This document shows positions 38,956 through 49,971 of a DNA stretch of 64,000 nt, piece after piece. Positions within the stretch are counted from its first letter, which is position 1; each line of letters starts with the position of its first letter. This DNA is from a virus: positions 1-64,000 of the IMG/VR virus record IMGVR_UViG_3300046804_004848. One strand, written 5' to 3'. The notes below the pieces were generated by a model. The model worked only from the letters and a program-made list of their open reading frames with translations, was not told the DNA's origin and did not search any database. A program made the position numbers and the translations under genes.

Positions 38956-40321
38956 AAATACTATATTTGCTTCTATCTGCATTAAAATTTTGTAGGACTT
39001 GAGCAGATGTTAAAGCAGCATTATATAATCTAGTTACACCAATCCGTCCGTTAAAGTATTGGCTATATTCACCATTATTATAACTACCTAAGTATAAATT
39101 GCTTGGTGTATTTAAAATACTATTTAATGTATGATTAACGCTGCCTATGCTTACGCCATTGATATAAGTTTGTAGTGTTTTTGTTCCACCACTATTTGTC
39201 CATACATAGACAACTTGTTTCCAAGTATTTAATGGTAAGTTATATGTTGTGCTATTGACATATCCACCCGCTCCATCACCCATTTGAGCATAAAGATTAC
39301 CGTTATAACGAATACTATAACTAACGTCTGCAGAAAGTCCACCTGGATCAAACTTACCTAATATGACCTGTGAACCTCCCTGACCTGTTTGGTATACCCA
39401 TGCTTCCATTGTCCAACTACCACTGCTAGGCTCTAGTAGTACATTATCTGCAACAGCTACTTGGCTTGAACTACCATTATAAGTAAAGTATGGATTAGTA
39501 TAGGTTATATTACTTAAAGTCCCCGCTAAAGAGGTATTAGCAAGATTGGTAATTGTAGACCCACTGCCTGAGTAACTTGTACTAAAACTTGGATCATACC
39601 ATAGAACTAAATTTGATGTTACAATGTTTGGTAATTGAAATCTTGATAGTTGGTTATAATAATTTTGCAATATTTGTTCTTGAGTAAGTTTACTAGTATA
39701 AACTTCCATGTTGGCAACATAACCAAATGATTGAACATTGGGTGTTCCAACACCACCTGTCCAATCGTGACTGTTCCCTGCTATAGTTTGAACTGTAGTT
39801 CCTACTTGTTGTCCGTTAATATAAAATGTTTGACCGCTACTATCGCCTGTAACAGCCCACTGTACCCAAACATTTGCAAGACTGCCTACATCATAACCTG
39901 CTGAATAAAATAGGTTAGTATTGTTATCATACATACCCAATGTATTTGAACCTAATTCTATTATTAAAGGGTGATCGGCGGGACTTGTTCTAAACAATGT
40001 GCGCCATGTTGCTGAACTTGATATCATTCTTGCCCAAGCAATATAAGTAAATCCTGTTGTTGGTAATACAGGCACTGCTGATGCAGCTCGCATAACATAT
40101 GTACCTGAAAAATCAAAACACTTAACGCCATTTAACATAGTATATGCTGAGGCACTACTTAAGTTTTGTGTGCGACTATTACCACTTAAATCTGTAACTG
40201 TAGTACCACTACCATTATAGCTAGTACTATTGTTTGCATCAACCCAAATTGCTAGATTATTTAAAATAATGCTAGCATCAACAACTCTTGTACCATTTAA
40301 CGTTACACCTTGTATAATCAT
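38954..40321 (-). CDS. Two-LamG/concanavalin-A-domain virion protein
   Basis: DA..SY.GSG..DLSGN, YINGQ, YNAALTSAQVLQNF. Confidence 0.8.
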   Translation of the reverse strand: MIIQGVTLNGTRVVDASIILNNLAIWVDANNSTSYNGSGTTVTDLSGNSRTQNLSSASAYTMLNGVKCFDFSGTYVMRAASAVPVLPTTGFTYIAWARMISSSATWRTLFRTSPADHPLIIELGSNTLGMYDNNTNLFYSAGYDVGSLANVWVQWAVTGDSSGQTFYINGQQVGTTVQTIAGNSHDWTGGVGTPNVQSFGYVANMEVYTSKLTQEQILQNYYNQLSRFQLPNIVTSNLVLWYDPSFSTSYSGSGSTITNLANTSLAGTLSNITYTNPYFTYNGSSSQVAVADNVLLEPSSGSWTMEAWVYQTGQGGSQVILGKFDPGGLSADVSYSIRYNGNLYAQMGDGAGGYVNSTTYNLPLNTWKQVVYVWTNSGGTKTLQTYINGVSIGSVNHTLNSILNTPSNLYLGSYNNGEYSQYFNGRIGVTRLYNAALTSAQVLQNFNADRSKYSI

Positions 40322-41997
40322 ATTAATCGTTCAATAGATATCATATTGTTATTGTAACTACCACCAATTAGCATTGTTACACGATAACAAAGACTGTTCG
40401 TTGTGTCACTAATAATATAAGTAGCTAAATCTCCTGCACTAGTGAAATTCCAATTTATAGCAAGAGCAGGTGTAGTTGTAACTGTGACAGAAACTCCACT
40501 CCCGCTAGTGCTACCCGTATATAACGAATATAAACCATTTATATAAGCAGAAAAAGAACCACTGACAGTGGCTATTTGAAGGCTACGATTACCTGCAGTT
40601 GACACAGTGGCCTTTAGATTGTCCATAGTAACATAAGTACCTGCGTTGACATAACCACTTACACGATTGTTTAGCAATGTGCTTACACCTGTACCCGCTT
40701 GACTCAGATCAACGTATGCACCTTTAGTACTGCCATCATAAAATCTTAACTGATTTCGGTACACATCCAAGACCACACGGGTTGATAGTGTAGTATTACT
40801 TGTTGGAATACCAAGATTAATCTCACCCCCCTCATCGCCACCACAAGAAGGTAAGGTGAATACACCTGTATTATCAAATGTCGCTGTGAAATTACTTGCT
40901 ACTAAACTAACATTTGCGCTTGTACCATAATAATTACTTGCTGTAACATTACCATTAACAGTCATTCCTGTGTTACTAATATTTGCCATAATTGCGTTAC
41001 TATTAACACCACCTACAAATATTTTAACGTTTTTACCTGATGTTGATGTACCAATAACTAAATTACCACCACTTTGATTTGTGTTACTTGTATTACCTTG
41101 TGCGTATATGTAGCTATCAGCAGCATAAACAATATTACCTAAACTATTAGTTGGTGTATTAGCATCATAGCCACTATTAATAATACCTAGGTCTAAGTAA
41201 TTTACAGTGTCACTTCCATTATCAGCAGTCACAATAAAGTCTGCTGTAGCATCAGCACCTGTACTTTTATTTTGTAGTGTAACTTGTGTATAATAATTTA
41301 CATTAGAATTAAAACTTGCTATAGTATTTGGTAATGGTGTTGTCGTAACACCTAAATTTATTGCTGAAATTCCTGTTGTTGTATTACCTGATATATTAGC
41401 TGTACCTGCAACAATATTACCTGTAGTTGAGATTGAATTTGAACCAAAACTACTTAGAAGAGTTGTTACGTTACTATCACCGTATGAACCACCACCTGCC
41501 GCTGCAAATACACCATTTCCATATAAAACTTGTGATGAATTACCATTTAAGTTAACTGAAGAAATATTACCAATATTATTGGCAGCTATATTTCCTGTTA
41601 TATTTGCTGTACCACTTACTGAAAGATTTCCAACACTTAATCTATTTGTATCTGTTCTATAAGTTAAATCAACATCCGCTCTTACTGTTTGATTAGTAGT
41701 TCTATTTTCCACAAATGTTGGATAGAAGGTTGTTGTTAAACCATTTGTATTTAAAATATCAACAGTATTCGCCACCACCGTTGAAAAAACACCATTACCG
41801 TATAATACATTACTACTATTTCCATCTAAATTAGTTGACTTTATATTTCCTAAATTTGCTGTTACTGCATTGGAAACACTACTAATTGGTGTTTTATAAC
41901 TTGTAAGTGTACCTGACGTATTACTACTTACTAAAAAGACAGTTGTACTATCTATGTTGCTTAATGATGATAATTGACTTACTTTAGTGTTTGCCAT
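40318..41997 (-). CDS. Tail-fibre-like structural protein
   Basis: N/G/S/T-rich, GDEGGEI motif. Confidence 0.7.
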   Translation of the reverse strand: MANTKVSQLSSLSNIDSTTVFLVSSNTSGTLTSYKTPISSVSNAVTANLGNIKSTNLDGNSSNVLYGNGVFSTVVANTVDILNTNGLTTTFYPTFVENRTTNQTVRADVDLTYRTDTNRLSVGNLSVSGTANITGNIAANNIGNISSVNLNGNSSQVLYGNGVFAAAGGGSYGDSNVTTLLSSFGSNSISTTGNIVAGTANISGNTTTGISAINLGVTTTPLPNTIASFNSNVNYYTQVTLQNKSTGADATADFIVTADNGSDTVNYLDLGIINSGYDANTPTNSLGNIVYAADSYIYAQGNTSNTNQSGGNLVIGTSTSGKNVKIFVGGVNSNAIMANISNTGMTVNGNVTASNYYGTSANVSLVASNFTATFDNTGVFTLPSCGGDEGGEINLGIPTSNTTLSTRVVLDVYRNQLRFYDGSTKGAYVDLSQAGTGVSTLLNNRVSGYVNAGTYVTMDNLKATVSTAGNRSLQIATVSGSFSAYINGLYSLYTGSTSGSGVSVTVTTTPALAINWNFTSAGDLATYIISDTTNSLCYRVTMLIGGSYNNNMISIERLI

Positions 41998-42000
41998 GTT

Positions 42001-42481
42001 TTATTCCGTTGATATGACTAAATTATTTTCTGTTAAAATAAAACCTGCAACACTTTCTTGTATAATGCCTGTTTCTGCAGGTGGGGGTGGAGGTGTAGGT
42101 CTATCTTGATCGCCAACAACACTACCTAATCCTCCTCCTAAACGTCCTAACCCTTTTAATCCAAGATTACCTATAGGCATTCTAGTAACCTGTTAATTCT
42201 GTAATACAGACAATCCCTGCAGATGCAACTTGTAATAAACTAACTATCGTCTGCCCAGGCTCCACCGCTAAAAATTCTGTGCTTCCACCTAAAATAATCA
42301 TACTATTTGCTGTAGCAGTTGGTGCTGTTCCTAATTCAACATAAGTATCTTGTTGACATGTAACTCTAATGATAGCAGTGGTGTTACCTACTGCATTGCT
42401 AGAAACTGCAGAACCTGACGTTGTTATATTTTGTGTTGTCCCAGGTACAAACGCACCATTTCTAATCGTTAAAACTGACAT
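42001..42481 (-). other. Two small structural-region genes (42001-42180, 42182-42481)
   Basis: Manual ORF MPIGNLGLKGLGRLGGG... and listed 99-aa ORF. Confidence 0.55.
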
Positions 42482-42552
42482 AGTATAATCCCTTATAGGG
42501 TATTTATCTTAATATTTAAATTAAGTTTACTGTAATGTTATAAATAAAAGTA

Positions 42553-42651
42553 AGGATCCTAACAGCAAATATTTTTGGCCTTCTTAATCTCTTTGTGCAA
42601 TCCCTCAGATGAGGCTAGCCTCAGCGTGTAGATATCCCAAAATGGATCCTG
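42553..42651 (+). ncRNA. Y-like scaffold RNA copy 5, stand-alone in the structural region
   Basis: AGGATCC-TAACAGCAA...AAAT-GGATCCTG; CTGAGG-type internal hairpin TGAGG-CTAG-CCTCA; upstream TATAAATA. Confidence 0.65.
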
Positions 42652-42652
42652 A

Positions 42653-45600
42653 CTAACCTATATACCAATTAGTACCATCGCTCCATACAGGTACAGTATT
42701 TGCACCACCATTACTTACATTTGCCCCAAAATTACCTGCTGCTACTAAATTAGAATCATTTATAAATGCTCTAGCACCTGAAGTTGCAGTAAGTGTTGCT
42801 AATGGTTGAGGAGTAGTTACAGTTTTTAATGAACTAATTGATGAAAATCCGCTAATAATTGGGGCAGGACTTGCACCACTTGATATTAGATTGCCTGGTA
42901 ATGTTAGATTACCATCAATACCAAATGTCCAAGTAAACACATTGGATGTGATACTTGCGTTACCTATAGCAGTAAGATTAGCATTGGTATTATCTTGTTG
43001 TATGCTTACACTTTGACTGTTACCGTCCCAAAAATATAAACCGCCACCAGTACCGATATAGATACCTCTACCTATACCATTGGCATCTACAGATTGTATA
43101 TTGACAGTATCTTGATTGCTTCTTATATATGATTCGCCAGGTAACTCTAAAACACCATATCCAACATTACCGATACTAGTATTACTAAATGTCCATGTCA
43201 AATTACCACTATGTATTCTTGCTACATTGTTTGCGCCTTGCGTGACTTCAAACGCAGTATACTCACCACCTAAAAATATGTTGGCTGACGGTTCATCAAT
43301 ATTACTAGACGCATATGCTCGTAAGTGAATATGTCCAGGAGCAGTTGGATCAAGTACTAATACTTGGCTGTTGTAGTTAGCATCTGGAGTCAATGTCATT
43401 GTGCTGACATTTGGATTAGTTGGATCTAAACTGCTATTAGCAGTACTGTAGATTACGCTATTTCCATTCGGTAATACTAAGTTGCCATCGTTACTAAATG
43501 TCCAAACATTAGCATTGGACACATTTCCTGTTCTTATTTGTATATCACCTACATTTCCAAATGGTCCATTTACATATACTGCTGACACTAATGATGTATT
43601 AGATATATCATCGCTCCATTGAACAACAGTTGCGCCACTATTACCTTGACTTATCACACCAAATGGTACATTATTTGAAAGTATTGCATCACCGCCGAGA
43701 ACACTGCCTATGGTTACATTGCTACCTGGTAGTGTTAGTAAACCATTACCATCAAATCTCCAAATCTTTGTAGCAAAACCATTACCTAAATCATCTGATA
43801 ATGATATTCTATAAGTTGCGTTGCCTGTTTCTGAACTGAATGCTAACTCGCCTCCGCTGGTATTAGCATTGCCTACTTCCTTAAGATAATTTACTAAGAA
43901 TCCACCGCCACTACCTGTAACATTAAACGCTACTGTTGTATTATTGTTTGCTGTAATATCGCCGGGTACTGTACCGATAACCATATTACCGACATTTATA
44001 GCACCTGGTGCAGTCATGTTGCCATTAGCATAGAATCTCCAAATATGACCTGAGTTAGCATTGTCTGTGAAAATAGCAAAATCTTGTAGTGCATATATTT
44101 CAGCACCGGTGTCATAAAATAATGCACCAGTATATTGTCCTGCATCGCTATAGATAGAAATATTGTTTGCAGAACTTTCAATAGTACCTGTACCACCTGG
44201 AAGATTAAGTACACCTGTATTATCAAATGTCCAAGTGCTTACGCCGCTTACTAATACGATATTACCATAACTTGGTAAACCTGTACCGGCTGATCCTCCT
44301 GTTAATCTAACTTCGCCGCCATTGTTCCCACCATAACCACCTGTAAGTGCTATGTTGCCACCTTGGTCAGCAGAAGTCACGCCACCATTGATGTTTACAG
44401 CACCACCATCACTACCGCCTTGACCTGCGCTGATATTTACTGTGCCACCAGGACCATTTGCGCTATAACCGCCGGTTACGGATATTTGTCCACCACCATC
44501 ATAACCTGAACCACCGTCAAGATTGATGTAACCACCATAGCCAGCAGACACATTATCAGCATCACCTGCATAAATCTTAATATCACCACCATTAGTGTCA
44601 GCATCACCTGCCCAAAAGTAAACATCCCCACCTTCGCCTGTTCCGTTACCACGCTGACCTTGAATGATTAATCGTTGTGCGTTTACATTGGCTGCAGGAG
44701 TAGGACCTGTGATAACTGCTTGTTGCGTATCATCACCAAACTGTAATGTCTGAGCATATTGATTTCCACCGTTATGTAAATCAACTGTTAATGTTGGGAA
44801 TACAACAGTTCCAGTATCAGTAAACATAAAATTGTTAGCACCAACATCAAGTCTTAAATTACCTGGTGAATACACTAATGCGGTGTTACTCATAGCACTT
44901 GCAAAAGGTAAATTCATTACACCAAAACCGTCTAGTGACCAACTATAGTTACCACCATCTGAATAGAATTGTACTGAACCTGCAGGAGGAGTAAAAACAT
45001 TGAAGTTATTACCTGCAGGATAAATGTTAGAATTATTAGGTGCAGTTAATGTACCATCTGTGCCTATTGTCCATGTCTGACCTGCGGATGTTAGTGTTAC
45101 AGGTCCGTTTGCTGTGGCTATATTAAATTGACTATTTCCATTACTTAAAGGCAAAGAAGCGTTACCACCCCCACCCGCTGCGATCCAAGTACCCGCACCT
45201 GATAAAACATTACCACTATTGCCATCTAAATTTACACCTACAATATTACCTAATGTCGTATTAGCATTACCTTGCAATACAACATTACCACCCCCAGGTA
45301 TCGCAAAAGTCACCGCACTTGCATTTGAAGATAATATAGCAGAACCAAGAAATATAGTATTTCCTGTTAAATATAAATTGTTAAAACGATTTGTATTGTT
45401 ACCTAAATTATATGTATTATTAGCACTAGGTATAATATTACCTGTCACAGTAATATTAGCTGCACTTAAATTACCTGTATAATTAGGTAAATATGCTGCT
45501 ACATTGGAATTACCATAACTTCCACCATTACCACCTGTTACCTCATTTAAATTACCTAAAGCATTACCAATATATAATGTAGGTGGATCAACATCTAAGT

Positions 45601-45724
45601 TGACTACTAATTCACCTGCTCTAGCATTACCATCATAATTTGCAAAAGTCTCTTGTGGAGAATCTTTCATTACTGCACGTGAAATACCTGTTACATTAGC
45701 ATATGGTGGGGGAGGACTAGCCAT
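42653..45724 (-). CDS. Large Gly-rich tail-fibre-like protein
   Basis: 1023 aa; WTFxxDGxLTLP repeats; C-terminal VPVWSDGTNWYIG. Confidence 0.75.
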   Translation of the reverse strand: MASPPPPYANVTGISRAVMKDSPQETFANYDGNARAGELVVNLDVDPPTLYIGNALGNLNEVTGGNGGSYGNSNVAAYLPNYTGNLSAANITVTGNIIPSANNTYNLGNNTNRFNNLYLTGNTIFLGSAILSSNASAVTFAIPGGGNVVLQGNANTTLGNIVGVNLDGNSGNVLSGAGTWIAAGGGGNASLPLSNGNSQFNIATANGPVTLTSAGQTWTIGTDGTLTAPNNSNIYPAGNNFNVFTPPAGSVQFYSDGGNYSWSLDGFGVMNLPFASAMSNTALVYSPGNLRLDVGANNFMFTDTGTVVFPTLTVDLHNGGNQYAQTLQFGDDTQQAVITGPTPAANVNAQRLIIQGQRGNGTGEGGDVYFWAGDADTNGGDIKIYAGDADNVSAGYGGYINLDGGSGYDGGGQISVTGGYSANGPGGTVNISAGQGGSDGGAVNINGGVTSADQGGNIALTGGYGGNNGGEVRLTGGSAGTGLPSYGNIVLVSGVSTWTFDNTGVLNLPGGTGTIESSANNISIYSDAGQYTGALFYDTGAEIYALQDFAIFTDNANSGHIWRFYANGNMTAPGAINVGNMVIGTVPGDITANNNTTVAFNVTGSGGGFLVNYLKEVGNANTSGGELAFSSETGNATYRISLSDDLGNGFATKIWRFDGNGLLTLPGSNVTIGSVLGGDAILSNNVPFGVISQGNSGATVVQWSDDISNTSLVSAVYVNGPFGNVGDIQIRTGNVSNANVWTFSNDGNLVLPNGNSVIYSTANSSLDPTNPNVSTMTLTPDANYNSQVLVLDPTAPGHIHLRAYASSNIDEPSANIFLGGEYTAFEVTQGANNVARIHSGNLTWTFSNTSIGNVGYGVLELPGESYIRSNQDTVNIQSVDANGIGRGIYIGTGGGLYFWDGNSQSVSIQQDNTNANLTAIGNASITSNVFTWTFGIDGNLTLPGNLISSGASPAPIISGFSSISSLKTVTTPQPLATLTATSGARAFINDSNLVAAGNFGANVSNGGANTVPVWSDGTNWYIG

Positions 45725-45774
45725 CTTAAAATTCCTTAATTATATTAATATTTATACCTATCCTAATTTTATAA

Positions 45775-45792
45775 TTGTAATAATTCTGTAAT
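45775..45792 (+). promoter_or_regulatory. Pho box-like direct repeat upstream of phoX
   Basis: TTGTAAT-AATT-CTGTAAT (11-bp period) versus consensus CTGTCAT-AAAA-CTGTCAC. Confidence 0.65.
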
Positions 45793-45849
45793 AATAATAT
45801 GCTACTATTATTGTAAATAGTTGTAATAATCATTTAAAAGGAGAAAAAG

Positions 45850-48063
45850 ATGATTAATAATTCAGAGAATTCATCACAAAACCCACATATTAGTGATGTA
45901 ATTAAAGAAATGATGGCAAATCCTACAAGAAGAAATTTTCTTAAAGGAAGTTCAGCATTCATTACTGCTGCATCAGGAGCAACTTTAGCAGGTTGTGCAA
46001 GTGGGGATGATGATGTTTTTACACGTCCAACCGCTTTAAGCTTTGAAGCTGTTCCTAAAAATACCTTAGATAAAGTCACATTACCTGCAGGTTATCAATA
46101 CACTGTGCTTCATGGTACAGGTGACCGTTTAGTAAGTTCAATTCCTGCTTACTCAAACAAAGGAACAGAGACTGATGATTGGAGCCAACGGGTAGGTGAT
46201 CATCACGATGGAATAGAATTATTTCACTTAGATAGTGCAGGAAAATATACAAAAAATATGACTGATCGTGCTTTGTTATGTATGAATCATGAAAGTTCAG
46301 CAGACGCACACTTCTTTCACCAAAATGGACAAACTAGTAATGGTGTAAGTGGTAAAAAATATGATCAATTTGGTCAATGGGATCTTGGCACCCGTCCAGG
46401 CCTTGAGGCACTTAAAGAAATAAATCATCACGGTGTTAGTGTTGTAGAGATTAATAAAGGAAATACAGGTTGGACATATAAACTAGATAGTGCGTTTAAT
46501 CGCAGAATTACACCACAAACTGTCTGTCGTGTAGCAGGTCCTACTGCTGAACTGTCTAATATAAAAGCTTTATTGGCTACCAAGTTTGACACTACAGGAT
46601 CAACTGCTCGTGGAACAATAAACAATTGTGGCACAGGTTATACACCATGGGGTACATTTTTAACATGTGAAGAAAATTGGGCAACTTATTTTGCTATGCC
46701 TAAAGGTAGCGTTGCTCCTGATGCACGTATGGCACAAACTCGTGCTCGTTATGGTGTTCGTAACGCTGCACTTGCTGCAACTGCTACAACAAGTAATACA
46801 CAAGGATGGCACACGGTTACTGACCAACCTGATACAGCATTTAGATTTAGTCGTTGGGATGTAAGCATCAAAGGTGCTACTGATAAAGATGACTTTCGTA
46901 ACGAACCGCAAACCTTCGGTTATATAGTAGAGATAGATCCTACCCAACCTAACAGTCAACCTGTTAAGAGAGTGGCAATGGGAAGGACTGCTCACGAAGC
47001 TTGTGTATTCGGAAAGTTAGAAGCAGGAAAACCTGTTACATTTTATATGGGATGTGATAGTCGCAACGAATATATTTACAAATGGGTAAGTACAAAAACG
47101 TGGGATCCTGCTGATTTTGGTGGTGGTACTGCTGCAGGTGACAAATATCTTAATGATGGTAACCTATATGTAGCTAAATTTAATAGCGATGGAACAGGAC
47201 TTTGGTTAGAATTAAGTATTACTACCCCCGCAATTGCAAATTATGCTACTTTTAAATTTAATAACCAAGCAGAAGTTTACGTATTTACTCGTTTAGCAGC
47301 AGATGCAGTTGGTGCTACTAAAATGGATCGTCCTGAATGGGGTGCTGTTAATCCCGCTAATGGCGAGATTTACTTCTCATTAACAAACAATAGTGCAGCA
47401 AATCGGACTCCTAATACCACTGATGCAGCCAATCCAAGAAGTTATGCTGATCCTGATGGAAAAATGGGATCAGGTAATCCAAATGGACATATTATTCGTT
47501 TTAAGGAAGGTTTAACAGGGCTTACTTTCCAATTTGATATTTTCTTATTTGGTTCAGAAGAAGATAACGCTGTAAGTAATATATCTAAACTTACAACTAA
47601 AAATTCATTTAGTAGTCCTGATGGATTATGGTTTAGTAAAGCAACGGGTTTATGTTGGATTCAAACTGATGATGGTGCATATACGGATGAAGTAAATTGT
47701 ATGTTATTAGTGGCGATTCCTGGTCAGGTTGGGGATGGTAAAGCAGTTACAATTACTAATACATTAAGCGGTGCTACTAAAGATCAAGCTACTTTTGTAG
47801 GTGCGGAATTAGGTGAAACTAAATTACGTAGATTTTTGACAGGCCCTGCAGGATGTGAAATTACAGGAATTGCAGAATCTGCTGATGGTCGTACTATTTT
47901 TGTCAATGTGCAGCATCCAGGTGAAAACACTACCGCAGCCTTTTGGACAGGAACAGCACCTGAGAGTCAGTGGCCTGGTAACGCAGGGTATGGCGTTACA
48001 GGTCGCCCACGTTCTGCAACTTTAGTAATAACAAAAGTTGACGGTGGACTTATAGGAGTTTAA
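45850..48063 (+). CDS. phoX: PhoX-family alkaline phosphatase
   Basis: Tat RRNFLK signal and lipobox LAGC; HHDG, NCG.G.TPWGT.LTCEEN, MDRPE, SPDGL, CEITG, VNVQHPG. Confidence 0.92.
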   Translation: MINNSENSSQNPHISDVIKEMMANPTRRNFLKGSSAFITAASGATLAGCASGDDDVFTRPTALSFEAVPKNTLDKVTLPAGYQYTVLHGTGDRLVSSIPAYSNKGTETDDWSQRVGDHHDGIELFHLDSAGKYTKNMTDRALLCMNHESSADAHFFHQNGQTSNGVSGKKYDQFGQWDLGTRPGLEALKEINHHGVSVVEINKGNTGWTYKLDSAFNRRITPQTVCRVAGPTAELSNIKALLATKFDTTGSTARGTINNCGTGYTPWGTFLTCEENWATYFAMPKGSVAPDARMAQTRARYGVRNAALAATATTSNTQGWHTVTDQPDTAFRFSRWDVSIKGATDKDDFRNEPQTFGYIVEIDPTQPNSQPVKRVAMGRTAHEACVFGKLEAGKPVTFYMGCDSRNEYIYKWVSTKTWDPADFGGGTAAGDKYLNDGNLYVAKFNSDGTGLWLELSITTPAIANYATFKFNNQAEVYVFTRLAADAVGATKMDRPEWGAVNPANGEIYFSLTNNSAANRTPNTTDAANPRSYADPDGKMGSGNPNGHIIRFKEGLTGLTFQFDIFLFGSEEDNAVSNISKLTTKNSFSSPDGLWFSKATGLCWIQTDDGAYTDEVNCMLLVAIPGQVGDGKAVTITNTLSGATKDQATFVGAELGETKLRRFLTGPAGCEITGIAESADGRTIFVNVQHPGENTTAAFWTGTAPESQWPGNAGYGVTGRPRSATLVITKVDGGLIGV

Positions 48064-48111
48064 AATATATAGGGGATAAATTATCCCCTATTTTATATAT
48101 AAGGAAAAAAT

Positions 48112-49119
48112 ATGAAAAAATTTTTATCAGCAATTGCATTATCACTTTTTACTATAACTGCACAAGCAGCAGAAATTACAGGAGCAGGTGCCACCTTCCC
48201 TTACCCAATTTATGCAAAATGGGCAGAGGCTTATCACAAAGCTACAGGTAATACACTAAACTATCAAAGTATTGGTAGTAGTGGAGGTATACGCCAAATT
48301 AATAACAAAACAGTTAGTTTTGGAGCCACTGATGCGCCTGTTAAAGGTGAAGATTTAGATAAGTTAGGTCAAGTTCAATTTCCTGCTATCATCGGTGGTA
48401 CAGTACCTGTTATAAATCTTGAAGGCTTTAACCCAGGTGAACTTCGCATCACAGGACCTATTATGGCAGAGATGTTTATGGGTAGTATAACTAAATGGAA
48501 TGATCCAAAATTTTCAGCCCTTAACCCAGGCAAAAAACTTCCTGATTTAAATATTACTGTGGTTCATCGTGCTGATGGTAGTGGCACTACCTTTAATTGG
48601 ACAGACTATCTTACTGAAGTAAGTCCTGCATGGAAAGAAAAAGTAGGTAAAGGTGCAGCCGTTAAGTGGCCAGCAACTTCTTCCGTTGGTGGAAAAGGTA
48701 ACGAGGGTGTTGCTGCTAATGTAAATAGAGTAAAAGGTGCAATCGGATATGTTGAATATGCTTATGTTAAGAAAAATAACATGAATTATATGAAACTACA
48801 AAACAAGGCAGGTAACTTTGTTGACCCTGATGATACAACATTTGCTGCAGCAGCAGCGGGTGCAGATTGGTTTAGTGTTGCAGGAATGGGACTAAGCATT
48901 GTAAATCAAGGTGGCAAGGATACTTGGCCTGTCACTACAGCAAGCTTTATTATTATGTACAAAGACCCTGCTGACAAAAAAGCAAGTCAAGAAGTAATTA
49001 AGTTTTTTGATTGGTCATTTAAGAATGGTAAGAAACTAAGTGAAGAACTTGATTATGTACATTTACCTGATAAACTACAAAACGACATACGTACAAAAGT
49101 ATGGAGTCAAATCAAGTAA
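48112..49119 (+). CDS. pstS: Phosphate-binding protein PstS
   Basis: GAGATFPYP, YQSIGSSGG, HRADGSGTT, IGYVEYAY. Confidence 0.95.
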   Translation: MKKFLSAIALSLFTITAQAAEITGAGATFPYPIYAKWAEAYHKATGNTLNYQSIGSSGGIRQINNKTVSFGATDAPVKGEDLDKLGQVQFPAIIGGTVPVINLEGFNPGELRITGPIMAEMFMGSITKWNDPKFSALNPGKKLPDLNITVVHRADGSGTTFNWTDYLTEVSPAWKEKVGKGAAVKWPATSSVGGKGNEGVAANVNRVKGAIGYVEYAYVKKNNMNYMKLQNKAGNFVDPDDTTFAAAAAGADWFSVAGMGLSIVNQGGKDTWPVTTASFIIMYKDPADKKASQEVIKFFDWSFKNGKKLSEELDYVHLPDKLQNDIRTKVWSQIK

Positions 49120-49131
49120 TACAACTGTAAT
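49114..49131 (+). promoter_or_regulatory. Second Pho box-like repeat
   Basis: AAGTAAT-ACAA-CTGTAAT. Confidence 0.5.
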
Positions 49132-49194
49132 ATATAAATTAGTTTAAATTTGTAAATAACTATAGGGAGCCGATACTTCCTATAGTTATTTTTT

Positions 49195-49971
49195 ATGAAA
49201 TATAGATCTATATTTATTAGTGATACTCACTTAGGAAGCAAAGGTTGTAAAGCAGATAATTTATCTAGTTTTTTAAAAAATAATTCTGCGGAATATATCT
49301 ATCTTGTTGGTGATATTATAGATGGATGGAAAGTACAACAAAATAAATGGTTTTGGAAACAATCACATACAAATGTAATTCGCAGAATACTAGGCCATGC
49401 TAAACGTGGTTCACAAGTATATTACATAGCAGGTAATCATGATGAATTTTTACGATCACTAATTCCATATGGTTTAAATTTTGGAAGAATTAAAATTTGT
49501 AATCAAATTGAACATAATGGTATTGATGGTAAAAAATACTTGGTTATACATGGTGACTTGTTTGATGGCATAACAAGATTAGCACCATGGATAAGTTTTT
49601 TAGGTGACAAAGCTTATGACATTGTTTTATCTGTTAATACCACATTTAATCGTATTAGGCACCGTTTTGGGTTCGGTTATTGGAGTCTTAGTCAATATCT
49701 TAAACGCAGAATTAAACGAGCAGTGGATTTTATCTTTAGATTTGAGAATAATTTGGCTATTTATTGTGCTAAGCGTGGGTATCACGGAGTTATTTGTGGT
49801 CATATCCATCACGCAGAAATTAAAGACATTAACGGAATAATTTATATGAACGATGGTGATTGGGTAGAAAGTTGTACTGCGCTTGTAGAGCACGAAGATG
49901 GAAAATGGGAAATTATTTTTTGGCCCTATACAAAGGACGATTATGTGGATGTTATTCCTCATAGTAGTTAA
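49195..49971 (+). CDS. PlcP/LpxH-like metallophosphoesterase (phospholipase C type)
   Basis: FISDTHLG, GDIIDGW, GNHDE, HGDLFD, CGHIH, NDGDWVESCTAL. Confidence 0.85.
   Translation: MKYRSIFISDTHLGSKGCKADNLSSFLKNNSAEYIYLVGDIIDGWKVQQNKWFWKQSHTNVIRRILGHAKRGSQVYYIAGNHDEFLRSLIPYGLNFGRIKICNQIEHNGIDGKKYLVIHGDLFDGITRLAPWISFLGDKAYDIVLSVNTTFNRIRHRFGFGYWSLSQYLKRRIKRAVDFIFRFENNLAIYCAKRGYHGVICGHIHHAEIKDINGIIYMNDGDWVESCTALVEHEDGKWEIIFWPYTKDDYVDVIPHSS

Noticed and set aside
38954-45724. Diversity-generating retroelement targeting fibre genes
   Set aside because: No reverse transcriptase and no adenine-specific TR/VR pair seen; short shared peptides between fibres are ordinary module reuse
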